Shown here piece after piece: positions 24,900 through 37,230 of a stretch of 64,000 nt of DNA; position 1 is the stretch's first letter; every line of letters starts with the position of its first letter. The notes under the pieces were generated by a model that saw only the letters and a list, made by a program, of their open reading frames with translations, did not search any database and was not told the DNA's origin. The stretch comes from Dendrobates tinctorius (Eukaryota): assembly GCF_039654945.1 (NCBI RefSeq), contig NW_027361819.1, positions 5,580,001-5,644,000 on the forward strand. The letters are read 5' to 3'. The translations under genes were made by a program, and so were the position numbers.

Positions 24900-25236
24900 A
24901 AATAAAAGTATACAAGCACACAATCTGGAAAGGAGTCGTTTTGTCTAGCAGCGCACGTTTAATCCAAAAACCATTTCTTTGAAATCTGATGATCTATGGT
25001 CACGATGTGGCCATTTGGATGTGCAGCAGCTTGACCTCTATTTCCTTTATGCCTAAAACTCTCCTGCCTTTGGTGAGTATAATAGCTTAAATTATACACT
25101 TTTTTTCTTGGGTAAGACCCTATTGCGCTCTTTCTCTTTTAGTTTTAACCACTTACAATCCTCTGGCGGTGCCTGGAAAACATCGCCGGTGTTAGAGAAT
25201 ATCTGAGCAGCAGAGGGTCCGTTACTCTGTACAAGG

Positions 25237-26077
25237 ATGGAATACTTTCTCAACAGACTCTCGTCAAGGGAACGTCTTATACTTCAAACCATCGGAAACA
25301 TCGGTTTCCCTACATCTGAGGAAGAAACTAGTAACCCTTTCAGTGAGGATGAAACAAAGACTTTTCGAAAGATTTTTTATGGTTTTAAAGAAGCTATCAA
25401 GGAGGAACTCCACTACAGTCTGGACGCTCGTTTTCTATCTATCTATCTGGAAGAGAACATTTGTCCTCGTGGACTGAGGTTAGTTTTTGACTCACCCTTT
25501 ATGAATGATCTGGACTTTACACAAGACTGGGACAAGAATTTAAATAATTGTATGCAAAAAATGATTTTATTACTATACAAGAAAAGATCTAAATTAGCAG
25601 AGCTAGCAGCAATTAAAGTAATGAATCTTTCAAAGGACCTTGTTCCTTTTCAGAAACATCCTGAATATAAAAAAATTAATTCTAATGTCATAACGCATGT
25701 TATGCAAGTAGAACACGAAACCATTTTAAAAAAAAATCAAAAAAGTTGCAGAGAGATAGAGAGGACTATAGAAATAAGAATAATAATAATAAAAAAATTG
25801 AAAATATATCTGGTACGGATAATAATGATATCTCGATTACTGAGACTCTGAATAAGACAGCTACTGGGAAAGTGTCCGAGATAACTGATGATAGACTTAA
25901 TTTTGAGCAAATCTCTGTACCCCCAGAACCATTGAGTACACCCTCTATGCTGAATTTTAAAGGTCAAATAACTAAAAATAAAGATAATATTTTTTCTAAA
26001 TCTCCAGTATTGATAACCACTAAAACTACTGCACCATTAATTGAAGCCCTGAAACACTTGGAAAGTATTAAGAAACA

Positions 26078-26108
<31 letters not shown>

Positions 26109-27795
26109 TTAAGAAAAATTTAATTGACACTATTAATCCGATTGTTAATCAAGATAACATTATCACACCCACCCCGGTGGAAGTTTCTTCACCTGCACTT
26201 ATTGAGTTCCCTGACTGCATTCCTAATTCACTACTTGACCTTTCTATACATGAGGACACCGGTTTAATTTTACCCAAGGGTAACCTGATCCCTGAGGATA
26301 GCATTCCTATTACACTTAAAGATAACACGGTTTTAATTGATAATTCTAACACAGATAACACTGCTACGGTTCCTTTTTTACCTCAAATACTGAAAAATTC
26401 ACAAATAGAAAATTATTTTCCACCAAGAACTGGAAAAAGAAAAGGCTTTATAGAGGATGCAGAGGGGGCAGATAAAAAAGAAAGGGAAAATACATGCAAA
26501 TTAATGGACAGAAACAAAAATAATTCCTCCATTGTCGGGAGTAATATTTTTAATTTATCCTCGTATGTTCTCACTATTGATGAAACTAAAGTCCTTTCAA
26601 AAGGATTAAATTTTTGCCCCACCTATAAAACAAATGATTTCGATCTCTTTTTAGATCTTCAGTTATTCATTAGGAAACTCACACTAAAGAGACATTTCTT
26701 ATTAAGAGAAATGAATAAAAATATAAATAATCGTACACAAATAAATGATGAAATTATTAATAAATCTGAGTTTCATTTGGATGTCCCAATTAAATCTAAA
26801 TTTTATCCAGTTGAAGATAGGGGTCATCATTTAAAAGTTTTTAGCGATGTCGTCCAAAAGAAATTCAAAGAGATTACTAAAACTTCTTGTGGTCAAAAAT
26901 ACAATTTGACTAAGGATGAAAAAACTGCCTTGAAATCGCTTAAAACTAATACTGATATAGTGATCCGTTCAGCGGACAAAGGGGGTGGGATTGTCATTCA
27001 GAACAGAGAAGATTATTGCAAAGAAGCACTTAATATATTGTCTGATGAAAAATACTATAGAAGAGTTCCATTTGACGCTTTAACAAGATCCAAAGCGATC
27101 TATGATATATTAATTTTGGAGGGCAAGAATAACAATATACTTGATAAAAATGAATTTAAATTTCTGAATATTATGAACCCACGAATTCCCTTCTTTTACC
27201 ATCTACCTAAAATTCATAAAAGTCTAGTCAACCCCCCAGGAAGACCAATTATTTCTGGTATTAATTCACTAACCAGTAATTTATCACATTTCATTGATAG
27301 AATAATGGTCTCAAATGTCCCTTTATTAAAAAGTTTTATTAAAGATTCTACACAACTAATCCAGCACTTGCAACAAATTGAATGGAAACCTCACTATATA
27401 TTTGTAACTATGGATATATCTGCTTTATATTCAAATATCCCACATGATTTAGGTCTTGCCTGCTTCAACAAGATTCTACTGCAAGACATTAGATTAAGTA
27501 AGGAACAAAAGAAGTTTCTGTTAAAAGGCATGGATGTTATATTGAATAATAATTATTTTACTTTTAATGGAATTCTGTACCACCAGTGCCTTGGGACTGC
27601 AATGGGCTCAAAAGTAGCACCAACTTACGCTAATATTTTTATGGGGGTCTTTGAAGATTTTTATATTTTTAAATCCAAATGGCATAATAATTGTATTTTA
27701 TATAAGAGATTCATAGATGATTTGTTTTTTTGTATGGGATAATACTGAGAATAATATTAATGATTTTATTTGTGATATTAATAATAATATTTGGG
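25237..27795 (+). pseudogene. Penelope RT ORF, frameshifted and truncated (copy 1)
   Basis: Pieces 25237-25851, 25746-26123, 26177-27742. Confidence 0.88.
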
Positions 27796-28888
27796 TGCAG
27801 TAATAGGGACACATAAGGCAGCAGCGGCTCAGTATTGGGGTATCAGGTGCAGTAATAGGGACACATACGGCAGCAGCGGCTCAGTATTGGGGTATCAGGT
27901 GCAGTTATAGGGACACATGCGGCAGCAGCAGAGGCTCAGTATTGGGGTATCAGGTGCAGTAATAGGGACACATACGGCAGCAGCGGCTCAGTATTGGGGT
28001 ATCAGGTGCAGTAATAGGGACACATACGGCAGCAGCGGCTGAGTATTGGGGTATCAGGTGCAGTAATAGGGACACATACGACAGAGGCTCAGTATTGGGG
28101 TATCAGATGCAGTAATAGGGACACATATGGCAGCAGCGGCTCAGTATTGGGGTATCAGGTGCAGTAATAGGGACACATATGGCAGCAGCGGCTCAGTATT
28201 GGGGTATCAGGTGCAGTAATAGGGACACATACGGCAGCAGAGGCTCAGTATTGGGGTATCAGGTGCAGTAATAGGGACACATACGGCAGCAGCGGCTGAG
28301 TATTGGGGTATCAGGTGCAGTAATAGGGACACATACGGTAGCAGCGGCTCAGTATTGGGGTATCAGGTGCAGTAATAGGGACACATACGGCAGCAGCGGC
28401 TCAGTATTGGGGTATCAGATACAATAGTAGGGACACATGTGGCAGCAGCGGCTCAGTATTGGGTTGAGTAGTTTGTGCATGCTGGAGATAGATGGGTAGT
28501 AATCTGGAAATGTGAGAAGTCAGATGTGTCTTTGTTGTATTGTCTGCAGATGAGTCCTGCTGGAGAAGTCGTCATGTCGGTCTGAGTAAGATGCAAAAGT
28601 GAACGATTATCAGAAAGAACGTCACCTGTAAGTTATCATCTGTAACTGTATAGTAAACTCTTGTATATTCTGCAGGACTGGCATCTACCACTATGAGGTC
28701 ACCATATGGCGGTAATATCAGTATTGTTTTTTGTATAGAGATTTGTTTCAGTTACAGCGCGGTCATCTACTGAGGTTCCCCTATACTCATGACTACAGTG
28801 TGCCACCTGAGTTGTAATCAGGGTTACCGGTTAGGGGCCCACTCAAATTTTTCGCCTCCCCTAAGCTGAACCCCTAGCTACGCCTCTG
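27794..28888. mobile_element. Duplicated right end of the 8.1 kb hAT element (~13 units of 52-bp satellite plus TIR)
   Basis: Ends CTAGCTACGCCTCTG followed by TGTTGACT. Confidence 0.85.
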
Positions 28889-29071
28889 TGTTGACTAGAG
28901 GGAGCATGGTGGCTGTTGGAATCATGGTGGCTGTACGGCGTGTATTGGCTTTATTTGTTCTAGTATTTATAGGGGCTGTAGTTTCTTTAGGAGTCTGAAT
29001 GACTGTAGTGTCAGTGGGTGTTGTAGGAGCTTTAGTTTCTTGGTGGAGCTATATTGATTGTAGTGGCTGTA

Positions 29072-29781
29072 CTAGACCTTGCCTTCTCCTGGATCTCCTC
29101 ATATCTCACTAACCGCACATTTACCATCTCCCATTCTACCTCCTCATCCAGCCCTCTCTCTGTCAGTGTCCCTCAAGGCTCTGTCCTGCTACTGTTTGCC
29201 TGGGACAATTCAGAGTCTCATGGCTTCCAGAGTACCATCTGTACCCTGCTGACACTCAGATCTACCTCTCTGGTGCAGACATGCTGTGCAGAGTCCCAGA
29301 GTGTCTATCAGCCACATCCTTCTTCTCATCACTCTTTCTAAAGCTCGATGTGGACAAAGCCAAACCCATCATCTTTCCTCCATCTCACTCAGCCCACCAC
29401 CAGACCTATCTAGCACAGTTAGTTACATCACGCTTTCCACTGTATGAGAAGTCCACCACCTCAGAGTAATCCTTCGCTCTGACTTGTCCTTCAAACCAAA
29501 CATACACGTTTACTCTTTTTTCAACTCCAAATCAATTAAAATGTTAGTACATGTTCCCATCTTCTCCAGCCTTGACTATTGCAATACTCTCCTCTGTGTC
29601 CTCCCGATTAACACTCTTGCACCTCTCCAGTCCATCCTTAACCCTGTTGCCTGCTTAATCTTCCCTTGCCCTTGCAAATAATCCAACTTTGCCCTCTGCC
29701 AATCCCTTTACTGGCTTCCGATTCCCCAGCGAATCCAGTTTACATTACTAACAATGACTTTCAAGACCTTTTCTAATTTAT
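29072..29781 (+). mobile_element. Old L2 LINE fragment (copy 2)
   Basis: Duplicate of 16741-17450. Confidence 0.8.
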
Positions 29782-29881
29782 CTCTACATACAAACATTTT
29801 GATACAGGAAAGATATACAGGAAAAATTTTCTTTGCTGTGTTGTGCGTAAATATGTGATTCTTCAGATGTTGTATTAGTCT

Positions 29882-29921
29882 TTGCCTGATGAAGAGACCT
29901 GAGTAGTCTCGAAAGCTGCAA
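29882..29921 (+). ncRNA. Degenerate minimal hammerhead motif (copy 2)
   Basis: As copy 1; loop II is CTGAGTA. Confidence 0.75.
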
Positions 29922-30157
29922 TGTGTTACCATCTTTTCAGTTAGCCACTAAAAGGTATCAACCACTGAGGACTCTCAATTCTGAATATTCTTCTTACATA
30001 CATTCATTTGAGAGCATCAACCCTTGTTATGTAGAACTTTGACTTCTTTGTTTGTACGACCAGCATGCTTTATTAGTATAAATCCAGTAGACAATAGAAA
30101 TGAAAATTTCAGTCTAAGATTTCTTCTTTCTTTTTTTTTTTTAGCCAGGAAATTCCA

Positions 30158-33100
30158 ATGGAATGGCTACTGTCCAAGCTCCATCTGGAGAAGATCCAAG
30201 GCTCCAAAATCAGTCTGGAACATGTGATGTGTATCGAGAAAGAGATCAGGAATGATGACACTTCACTGCTATGGACGTTTCTCAGAAAACTTATAGCACT
30301 GGATGAAACTGCACGAAATACCATGATAGATGAGAATGAAGATACCAACATAAGTGGTTTATGTGCAGAAGATGATCTGTTTGTAAACCAGATGTCATCT
30401 AGAAATTCCTCAAATTCTCTCCATCCCCTAGATGTCCTATGTGCTCTTCTTCGTTCTTCTGACAGCTTTCTACAACAATTTATCTTCTCGAAAATGTCCA
30501 TGTGTCAGTTTGCGGTTCCTTTTGTGCTCCCTGCAGATAAGAACAATCCATGTACCCTTTCACTATGGCCCTTGAGAGAAATTGTAAAGAAGTGGAGACC
30601 AACATCATTACTAAGCACTAAAGGCTTCAGAGAAGACAACCTGGTGAATATTTCCATGCCCATCTTTTCGTTTGTCAGATTTGGAAATTGTACTCTCTCA
30701 AAATCCAGAACCCTCAACAATGTTCTCAGTCCATCCTACACTCATCATGACTTCTTCGTGCACCAGGACATGGAATGTGGTTATCATCATAGAACAATCT
30801 CGGAAGGACTTCTCGAGCTCTTCTGGCATTTTCCTGGTGGGAGTCAAAACTCTAATGTTTTTCTTGAACCCGTAACTATCATGAATTTACGTGGCGACCT
30901 AGAATTTAATCAGAAGCAGTTCAGTTTGTTGACCAAAGTCTCTTCTGCTGTTTTTATTTTCTCGGAAGATCTCCAAGAAAAACATTGTAAAATATTGGAG
31001 AGCTATGCACCAGGCAATCCAAACTACTACTTTATTATCTCTCTACCTGATGACAATCATTACAATGAGGAGACAGAAAATTATCTACACAAGTTAATAA
31101 GATCTCTAAATTTGACCAGTAAAAACATCTTGGTGAAAGATTCCGGGACAAATGAAGCCAAAATTGTAAAAGAGATACAAGGCTTCATAAGACGTTTGAT
31201 CAATGCATCTCCGCAATCCATGACATTAGAGGAAGTTGGGAAAATTGCTAATGAGCTTGAAATCTATGTAGATGAGAATGCGGTGGAATGCCAAAGAGCC
31301 AAGACTATAGCTAAGAGGATCATCAGTCAAATAACAGACGTGTCACAATATAAGAAACAAACTATGACCCTGCAGGGGAATCTGTGGAAGAAGATTACTA
31401 AAAATGAGAAAGAACTCTGTAGGATGAAGAAACAGGTTGATGAAAGTGGGGAGACTTATAAGTCAGAGCTGAACAAGCAAATTATAGATCTGCGTAAGCA
31501 ACAAAGCCAGCAAGAACTTCAGGCAGACATGAAGACGTTTTTGTTGGCACTTACTGACTTGCCTCATATGGAAAAAAAATATTTTTTGAAGTGGTTGAAG
31601 ATATTTCTCGATGATATTGCTCGATCAAATCTAAAAGAGTTACAAACTGAGTATTTAAAAAATTCCACCAATATGTTAGTTCTGAGAGAAATAGATCAAA
31701 AGATGTCTGATGGCTCCCTTGGGTTAGAACATTTCTTACGTGAAGTCGGGCAGATGCATGAGTCTCAGTTTTTTAAACTTAATCATAAAGATCTAGGACA
31801 AAAACTCAGTGACCTCCCCGGATTAGCTGCTGATCTCATGCTGGATGGGTTTCCGTTTGAGTTGATGGATGGAGATGCCTCCAACATTCCCTTACAGTGG
31901 ATAATGGATGTCCTGAGTGAACTGGATAAGAAGACTGGAGGACAATGCAGGATGAGGGTGATAACTGTGCTAGGAGTGCAGAGTACGGGAAAGTCCACCC
32001 TACTGAACACCATGTTTGGTCTACAGTTCCCTGTGGCCAGTGGTCGATGCACACGAGGAGCCTTCATGACTCTCATTAAAGTGAAGGAGAACTTCCAAGA
32101 AGAACTAGGCTGTGATTTCATTCTGGTGATCGACACTGAAGGGTTGAAAGCTCCTGAATTGGCTTCATTGGCAAAGAGTTATGAACATGACAATGAATTG
32201 GCCACATTAGTGGTTGGGTTGAGTGACATCACCATCATTAACATATCGATGGAAAACTCTTCAGAAATGAAAGATATTTTACAGATTGTGGTCCACGCAT
32301 TTCTCCGTATGAGCAAAATAGGAGAAAAACCAAACTGTCACTTTGTTCATCAGAACGTGAGTGATGTGTCTGCTCATACTTTGGGAATGAGAGACAGGAA
32401 CAAAATATTGGAGAACCTGAATCACATGACAAAAGCTGCAGCAAAAATGGAAAAATTGGAAGGGATAACTACTTTTAATGACATAATGAATTACAATCCT
32501 GATGAACACACATGGTACATTTCTGGCCTGTGGTATGGCATTCCACCCATGGATCCTATAAACCCTGGGTACAGCGAGGGAGTTCTTTCACTTAAAAAAT
32601 ATTTGATTGAGTTCCTGAAAAATAAAGTGCAGAAGCCACGGACTATCCCAGTTTTTCTTCAGTGGTTAAAAAGTTTATGGAATGCAGTAAAATATGAAAA
32701 ATTTATCTTTAGCTTTCGGAACAGCCTGATAGCGGACGCTTACGACCAGGTGTCCGTAAAATATTCACAACTGGAGTGGAGCTTCCGAAAAGAGATCTAC
32801 AACTGGATGACCGAGGTGCTGATATCAATAAAGAATGAGGAAGCTGAAAATCTATCAATGGAAACATTGACTGATATAATAGAATCAACATCAGAAATGC
32901 TGAGCAAAGAGGAGAAGAAAATGCACAATTTACTCAATAATTATTTTGATTCTGAACTGGAAAATGCACATCTGGTAGAAAAATACAGAGAAGACTTTAT
33001 GAAAAGTGTAAAAAGTCTTAGGAAGGGACTTAAAGAAAAAATAGTCAACAAATGCAAAGAAGCCATTCATATCCAAAAGACAAAGCATAAGATAGAAGGT

Positions 33101-34855
33101 CTGAAGGATAGTTACATATCACAAATGGAAGAAAAAGTGACAACTCTAATATGCCTGTGCAGGGACAGGACTCAGAAAATGGATGACGAAAAGCTTGAAG
33201 GAGAATTTAATGCCATGTGGAATGACACAATAAAAAGCCTTCAAGTCAAATCCATAGCAAGACAAGACATTGACCACATCATGCTCCAGCAGCTCCGGAA
33301 GGACATGAGTCACAAGTCAGGTGCTGTCAATGAGAAACTGCTGAACATCCAGACGCTTCTTGAATTTGCACATGTAACTTTCGAGGTGCGTGATGAACAC
33401 ATCGATCTAAAATGGTACGAAAAATGTCACGACAAAATCATGTACAAAGTTAAAAGTTTTAAAGACTTCTACAAAAACGACTACAGTTTTAAATCAAAGC
33501 AGATAGCAGAACACCTGGTGGACAAAGGCTCGAGATTTGTCGATCAATGCGTGAAGATGAACGAGAATTACCATGATATGTTTTGTTTAGAATTACTTAA
33601 AATGGTCAATGATAAGTTCCAACAGCCCGATGTGAAGAACCTGCACACCACAGACCATTTTGAGCTTGACCTCAAGCTTTTACTTTTAGGCAGAGCAGCT
33701 TCAGAATTTCAAAAGATGCACGATAATTTCTTGACCTTAAATGACCCATACTTATGCTTAGAAACATTAAAATCTGAATATCTTTCAGTTTTCAAAGTAG
33801 TATTCAAGGAAAAGGATGAATGTACAACTAGAGCGAAACGATTCTGTGACCTTTGTCTCAAACCAGCCATTGTGGACTACGTGAACCATCGTCTTGGACA
33901 GGAGATAGTCAACGAGATGCTGAGTGGGGAAGACAACATGAAATACATGAGTCGCACTTTCTTTCAGATGCGGGTGCTCTGTAAGCTTCTCGAAGAACAT
34001 TCTTTTGAGCAATACGTGAAGTATATCAATAACTATGAGCGTTTTGTCAAGGAATGTATCTTAGAGTTCATTAAAGAGAAATATGAAGACCCAGAAGCTT
34101 TGCAATCATTGCAGTCAAATATAGTCTTGTCCATTCTTCAGAAATTAAGAGAAATCCTTAAAGACTCCCAAATACAGGAAAGTGCAGATATCTCAGAATT
34201 CCTAAGAAATATTTGTAAGATGCTGAAGAAGGACTTGGTCATATCACAAAAAGATGTCAAGGTGATAATTTTTCAGAATTCTGTGCCCGTTACTCAGTTC
34301 GCTGCTGATGTTGAGTTCTTCCTTTCTGACCTTGGAGGGGATATTATATCAGAAATGAGACGGTCAACCATTGAGTCTGTTCTTGACGCAGTTATTCTAA
34401 AACCAGAAGAAGAACTGTTCAAGAAAGTGATTGGATGTGGGAACCAGTGTCCATTCTGTAAAGTCCCCTGTGAAGCTGGATGTGCTGAGCACACAGAGCA
34501 CTTTGCCACTGTCCATCGTCCTCAGGGCCTGGGCAGATACAGATCGGTGGACACTAATGTCCTATGTTCCTCACTATGTTCTACAGATGTCGTCACCGAG
34601 AAGTCATTCCGGAACGCTGACACTGATTGGAAGTTCCATCCTTATAAGGATTATCAGGACTTGTACCCAGACTGGATGATCCAACCAGATCCCAGCATCA
34701 GTGCCTCCGACTACTGGAAATTCATCTTTAAAGAGTTTAATGCCAAGTTTGCAAAGGAATATAATGCAAAGCCTGCAACTCTACCCAAAGACTGGTATGA
34801 CATAAGCAAGGGACAAGCTCATGAAAGCTTGAAGGAATCATTCCGTGTAAAATAA
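30158..34855 (+). CDS. gvin1: GVIN1-like very large GTPase, copy 2 (F290Y, A799D vs copy 1)
   Basis: Intact 1565-aa ORF with the same motifs. Confidence 0.92.
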   Translation: MEWLLSKLHLEKIQGSKISLEHVMCIEKEIRNDDTSLLWTFLRKLIALDETARNTMIDENEDTNISGLCAEDDLFVNQMSSRNSSNSLHPLDVLCALLRSSDSFLQQFIFSKMSMCQFAVPFVLPADKNNPCTLSLWPLREIVKKWRPTSLLSTKGFREDNLVNISMPIFSFVRFGNCTLSKSRTLNNVLSPSYTHHDFFVHQDMECGYHHRTISEGLLELFWHFPGGSQNSNVFLEPVTIMNLRGDLEFNQKQFSLLTKVSSAVFIFSEDLQEKHCKILESYAPGNPNYYFIISLPDDNHYNEETENYLHKLIRSLNLTSKNILVKDSGTNEAKIVKEIQGFIRRLINASPQSMTLEEVGKIANELEIYVDENAVECQRAKTIAKRIISQITDVSQYKKQTMTLQGNLWKKITKNEKELCRMKKQVDESGETYKSELNKQIIDLRKQQSQQELQADMKTFLLALTDLPHMEKKYFLKWLKIFLDDIARSNLKELQTEYLKNSTNMLVLREIDQKMSDGSLGLEHFLREVGQMHESQFFKLNHKDLGQKLSDLPGLAADLMLDGFPFELMDGDASNIPLQWIMDVLSELDKKTGGQCRMRVITVLGVQSTGKSTLLNTMFGLQFPVASGRCTRGAFMTLIKVKENFQEELGCDFILVIDTEGLKAPELASLAKSYEHDNELATLVVGLSDITIINISMENSSEMKDILQIVVHAFLRMSKIGEKPNCHFVHQNVSDVSAHTLGMRDRNKILENLNHMTKAAAKMEKLEGITTFNDIMNYNPDEHTWYISGLWYGIPPMDPINPGYSEGVLSLKKYLIEFLKNKVQKPRTIPVFLQWLKSLWNAVKYEKFIFSFRNSLIADAYDQVSVKYSQLEWSFRKEIYNWMTEVLISIKNEEAENLSMETLTDIIESTSEMLSKEEKKMHNLLNNYFDSELENAHLVEKYREDFMKSVKSLRKGLKEKIVNKCKEAIHIQKTKHKIEGLKDSYISQMEEKVTTLICLCRDRTQKMDDEKLEGEFNAMWNDTIKSLQVKSIARQDIDHIMLQQLRKDMSHKSGAVNEKLLNIQTLLEFAHVTFEVRDEHIDLKWYEKCHDKIMYKVKSFKDFYKNDYSFKSKQIAEHLVDKGSRFVDQCVKMNENYHDMFCLELLKMVNDKFQQPDVKNLHTTDHFELDLKLLLLGRAASEFQKMHDNFLTLNDPYLCLETLKSEYLSVFKVVFKEKDECTTRAKRFCDLCLKPAIVDYVNHRLGQEIVNEMLSGEDNMKYMSRTFFQMRVLCKLLEEHSFEQYVKYINNYERFVKECILEFIKEKYEDPEALQSLQSNIVLSILQKLREILKDSQIQESADISEFLRNICKMLKKDLVISQKDVKVIIFQNSVPVTQFAADVEFFLSDLGGDIISEMRRSTIESVLDAVILKPEEELFKKVIGCGNQCPFCKVPCEAGCAEHTEHFATVHRPQGLGRYRSVDTNVLCSSLCSTDVVTEKSFRNADTDWKFHPYKDYQDLYPDWMIQPDPSISASDYWKFIFKEFNAKFAKEYNAKPATLPKDWYDISKGQAHESLKESFRVK

Positions 34856-35451
34856 GTTCTGCCCCATGAAAAAAAAACATGAACAACACCATAGATCTGT
34901 ATCTAATACTTGTAGATGGTGCAGCTTCTCATAAGGTTGGATGAAGGACAAGGCAGTATTTAAAGTTTATGCTGCCCTAGGCACTTTTTGCGCTGCCTCC
35001 CCCACATTGGTGAGTAGGACTCATGCAGACAATGTACCCGTTTTTTGCTCATCCTCTATCTTCTCTAGAAAAAAAAATGGTAACATAAACCATGGACGTG
35101 TTTGAACTGCTTATTTTTGTGTTGTCATTAGGGGAGCCCTAGTGAACACTGTACATGGATTACTTTGCAGGTTACTGTCACTGCACCCCCTCAGCAGTTG
35201 CCTGAGATACTTGTGTGGTACAGACAATCACTACTGGACACCTTTCCATATGGGCAGCAGTGGGTCAGAGAGGTATCCTATATAAACCGGAGAGGCATAA
35301 GGAAATCATTATGGCTGGTGAGCTATGCATGGCACTTCCCCCCCCCTCCCAATCTTCAGAATCTCAGATGTTCCTTCTGAAAAGCAGACAGTATTGTTCC
35401 TCAATCTTATCCCTTTTATGTAGAAGACCATTTTGTGGCAATGGACTAGAT

Positions 35452-35957
35452 CAGAGGTAACCAACCTTTCTGACCTAGAGAGCCACATTCAGCTATGAGA
35501 GAGGGTCATGAGCCACATCCAGCTCCCACCCCCTCACAATAGTGGCAACCAGAGCCCCCATTACAGGTATAATGGTAACCAAAGCTTTTCCACAGAAATC
35601 ACTCCAAAGCAGTATATCAAGATCCAGGGCTTCTCACAATACCTCCATTCAGTTCTCCCTCATCAAGAACTCCAAACACACTGTCACATCCAGCTTCAGG
35701 CGCCTCCTCTAGCAGGTAGGACCATCCTCCAGCGTTCCATACTTAAACTATCACAAAACCCCTAAGACCACTAAATGTGCATCCAGATCTGCACTTCTGT
35801 GCAGGGCTGCTCACACAATTCACCATTTTGAGATGTGCTCTTCATACCCGCTTGCTAGACCTGGAGCTAATGCACCAAGCTGGCCGACAGTTGCGAGCCA
35901 CAATTCATGGGACCACAAGCCACATGTGACTCCTGAGCTACAGGTTGGGGACCCCTG
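35452..35957. mobile_element. 506-bp hAT element, copy 2
   Basis: Duplicate with the same TSD. Confidence 0.85.
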
Positions 35958-36050
35958 GACTAGATCAACAAATTACCCAAAAGTGGCGATAGTGTCCTGT
36001 GTGTTATACATGGTGGGAGGACATTGTTGACAAAATCCCTCAATGTCTGT

Positions 36051-36541
36051 TATTTAATCCTTCTTCTCCGCTAGATTTCTAAAACTTAATATGGACAAAA
36101 CAGAATTAATTATCTTTCCCCCATCTCACGTGACCCCTCAACGGACCTATCCATAAAAGTAAACAGCTGCCCACACTCTCCAGTCCCGTACACTCGCTGC
36201 CTCGGGGTAATCCTTGACAATGATCTCTCTTTCAAACCACATATCCAAGCCCTTTCCGCTTCCTGCCGACTTCAACTCAAAAATATTTCATGGATCCGTA
36301 CATTCCTCAACCAAGAATTTGCAAAAACCCTAGTCCATGCCCTCATCATCTCCCGCCTTGACTACTGCAACCTCCTGCTCTGTGGCCTCCCCTCTAACAC
36401 TCTCGCACCCCTCCAATCTATTCTAAACTCTGCTGCCCGACTAATCCACCTGTCCCCCCGCTATTCCCCAGCCTCTCCCCTCTGTCAATCCCTGCACTGG
36501 CTCCCCATTACCCAAAGACTCCAGTTCAAAACCCTAACCAT
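36051..36541 (+). mobile_element. L2 LINE upstream part (copy 2)
   Basis: Duplicate. Confidence 0.85.
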
Positions 36542-37189
36542 TTGTGAGCTGTCTTCTTTTTCTGTGAGCCACTGATTCTTCACAGATAACCTTGCTTTTA
36601 ACATGTACCTACAATTACAACAATTTTTTACTTGTATATCACGACCCTTTCCTTTTTTTTTTTATCTCCATTTCTATTTTAATATGCATATACAAAAAAA
36701 ATTTTTTCAATGATAATTTTTATTAATAATCTTTTATTCATATCATGTGATCACATTTTTATATAAAACATTTTTATTATATTGACTAAATAAATCTTTT
36801 TTAACATATTTATACAAGTATATTCATCACCTCTCCCCCTTTTTTTCCTTCATTTTTTCGTCTGCTCAATTAGGATGATGGTCTGAGCTGTGATCTACTG
36901 CTCCTTCCAGCTTCTTTTATAGTTCCAACACAGGTCTATCCTCGTATATTATTTTTTTCTTGTTTTTTTCATTTAATCTTCTTTCTTTTTATATGATCTG
37001 CAAATAAATATTTTGAGTGAATTTATTAAGGTGGAAACAATATAGTTTTAAACAATTTTATGTACATTTTTTTTGTTTGTTACTGATGACCTTTGACATT
37101 TCTTCCCTGTAACATGTGACTTTTTGGCGCCAATATTTGAAATTTGTATGTATAAAACTGGGAACAATCCTGTCTGTTTGTACATATCA

Positions 37190-37230
37190 TCCCCTGAGGA
37201 AGAAGTTTCAAACTTCGAAACGCGTTGGGA
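37190..37230 (+). ncRNA. Minimal hammerhead ribozyme in pLTR (copy 2)
   Basis: Identical to copy 1. Confidence 0.88.

Larger units (their letters stand above)
15462..27793 (+). repeat. Tandem segmental duplication, unit 1
   Basis: All ORFs recur at +12331 and +24655. Confidence 0.95.
24211..27795 (+). mobile_element. Penelope-like retroelement, 3'-truncated by the duplication junction (copy 1)
   Basis: 5' pseudo-LTR plus RT motifs ADKGG, YHLPKIHK, PGRPIIS, MDISALYSNIP, GTAMGS, RFIDD; cut just after the DD motif. Confidence 0.93.
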
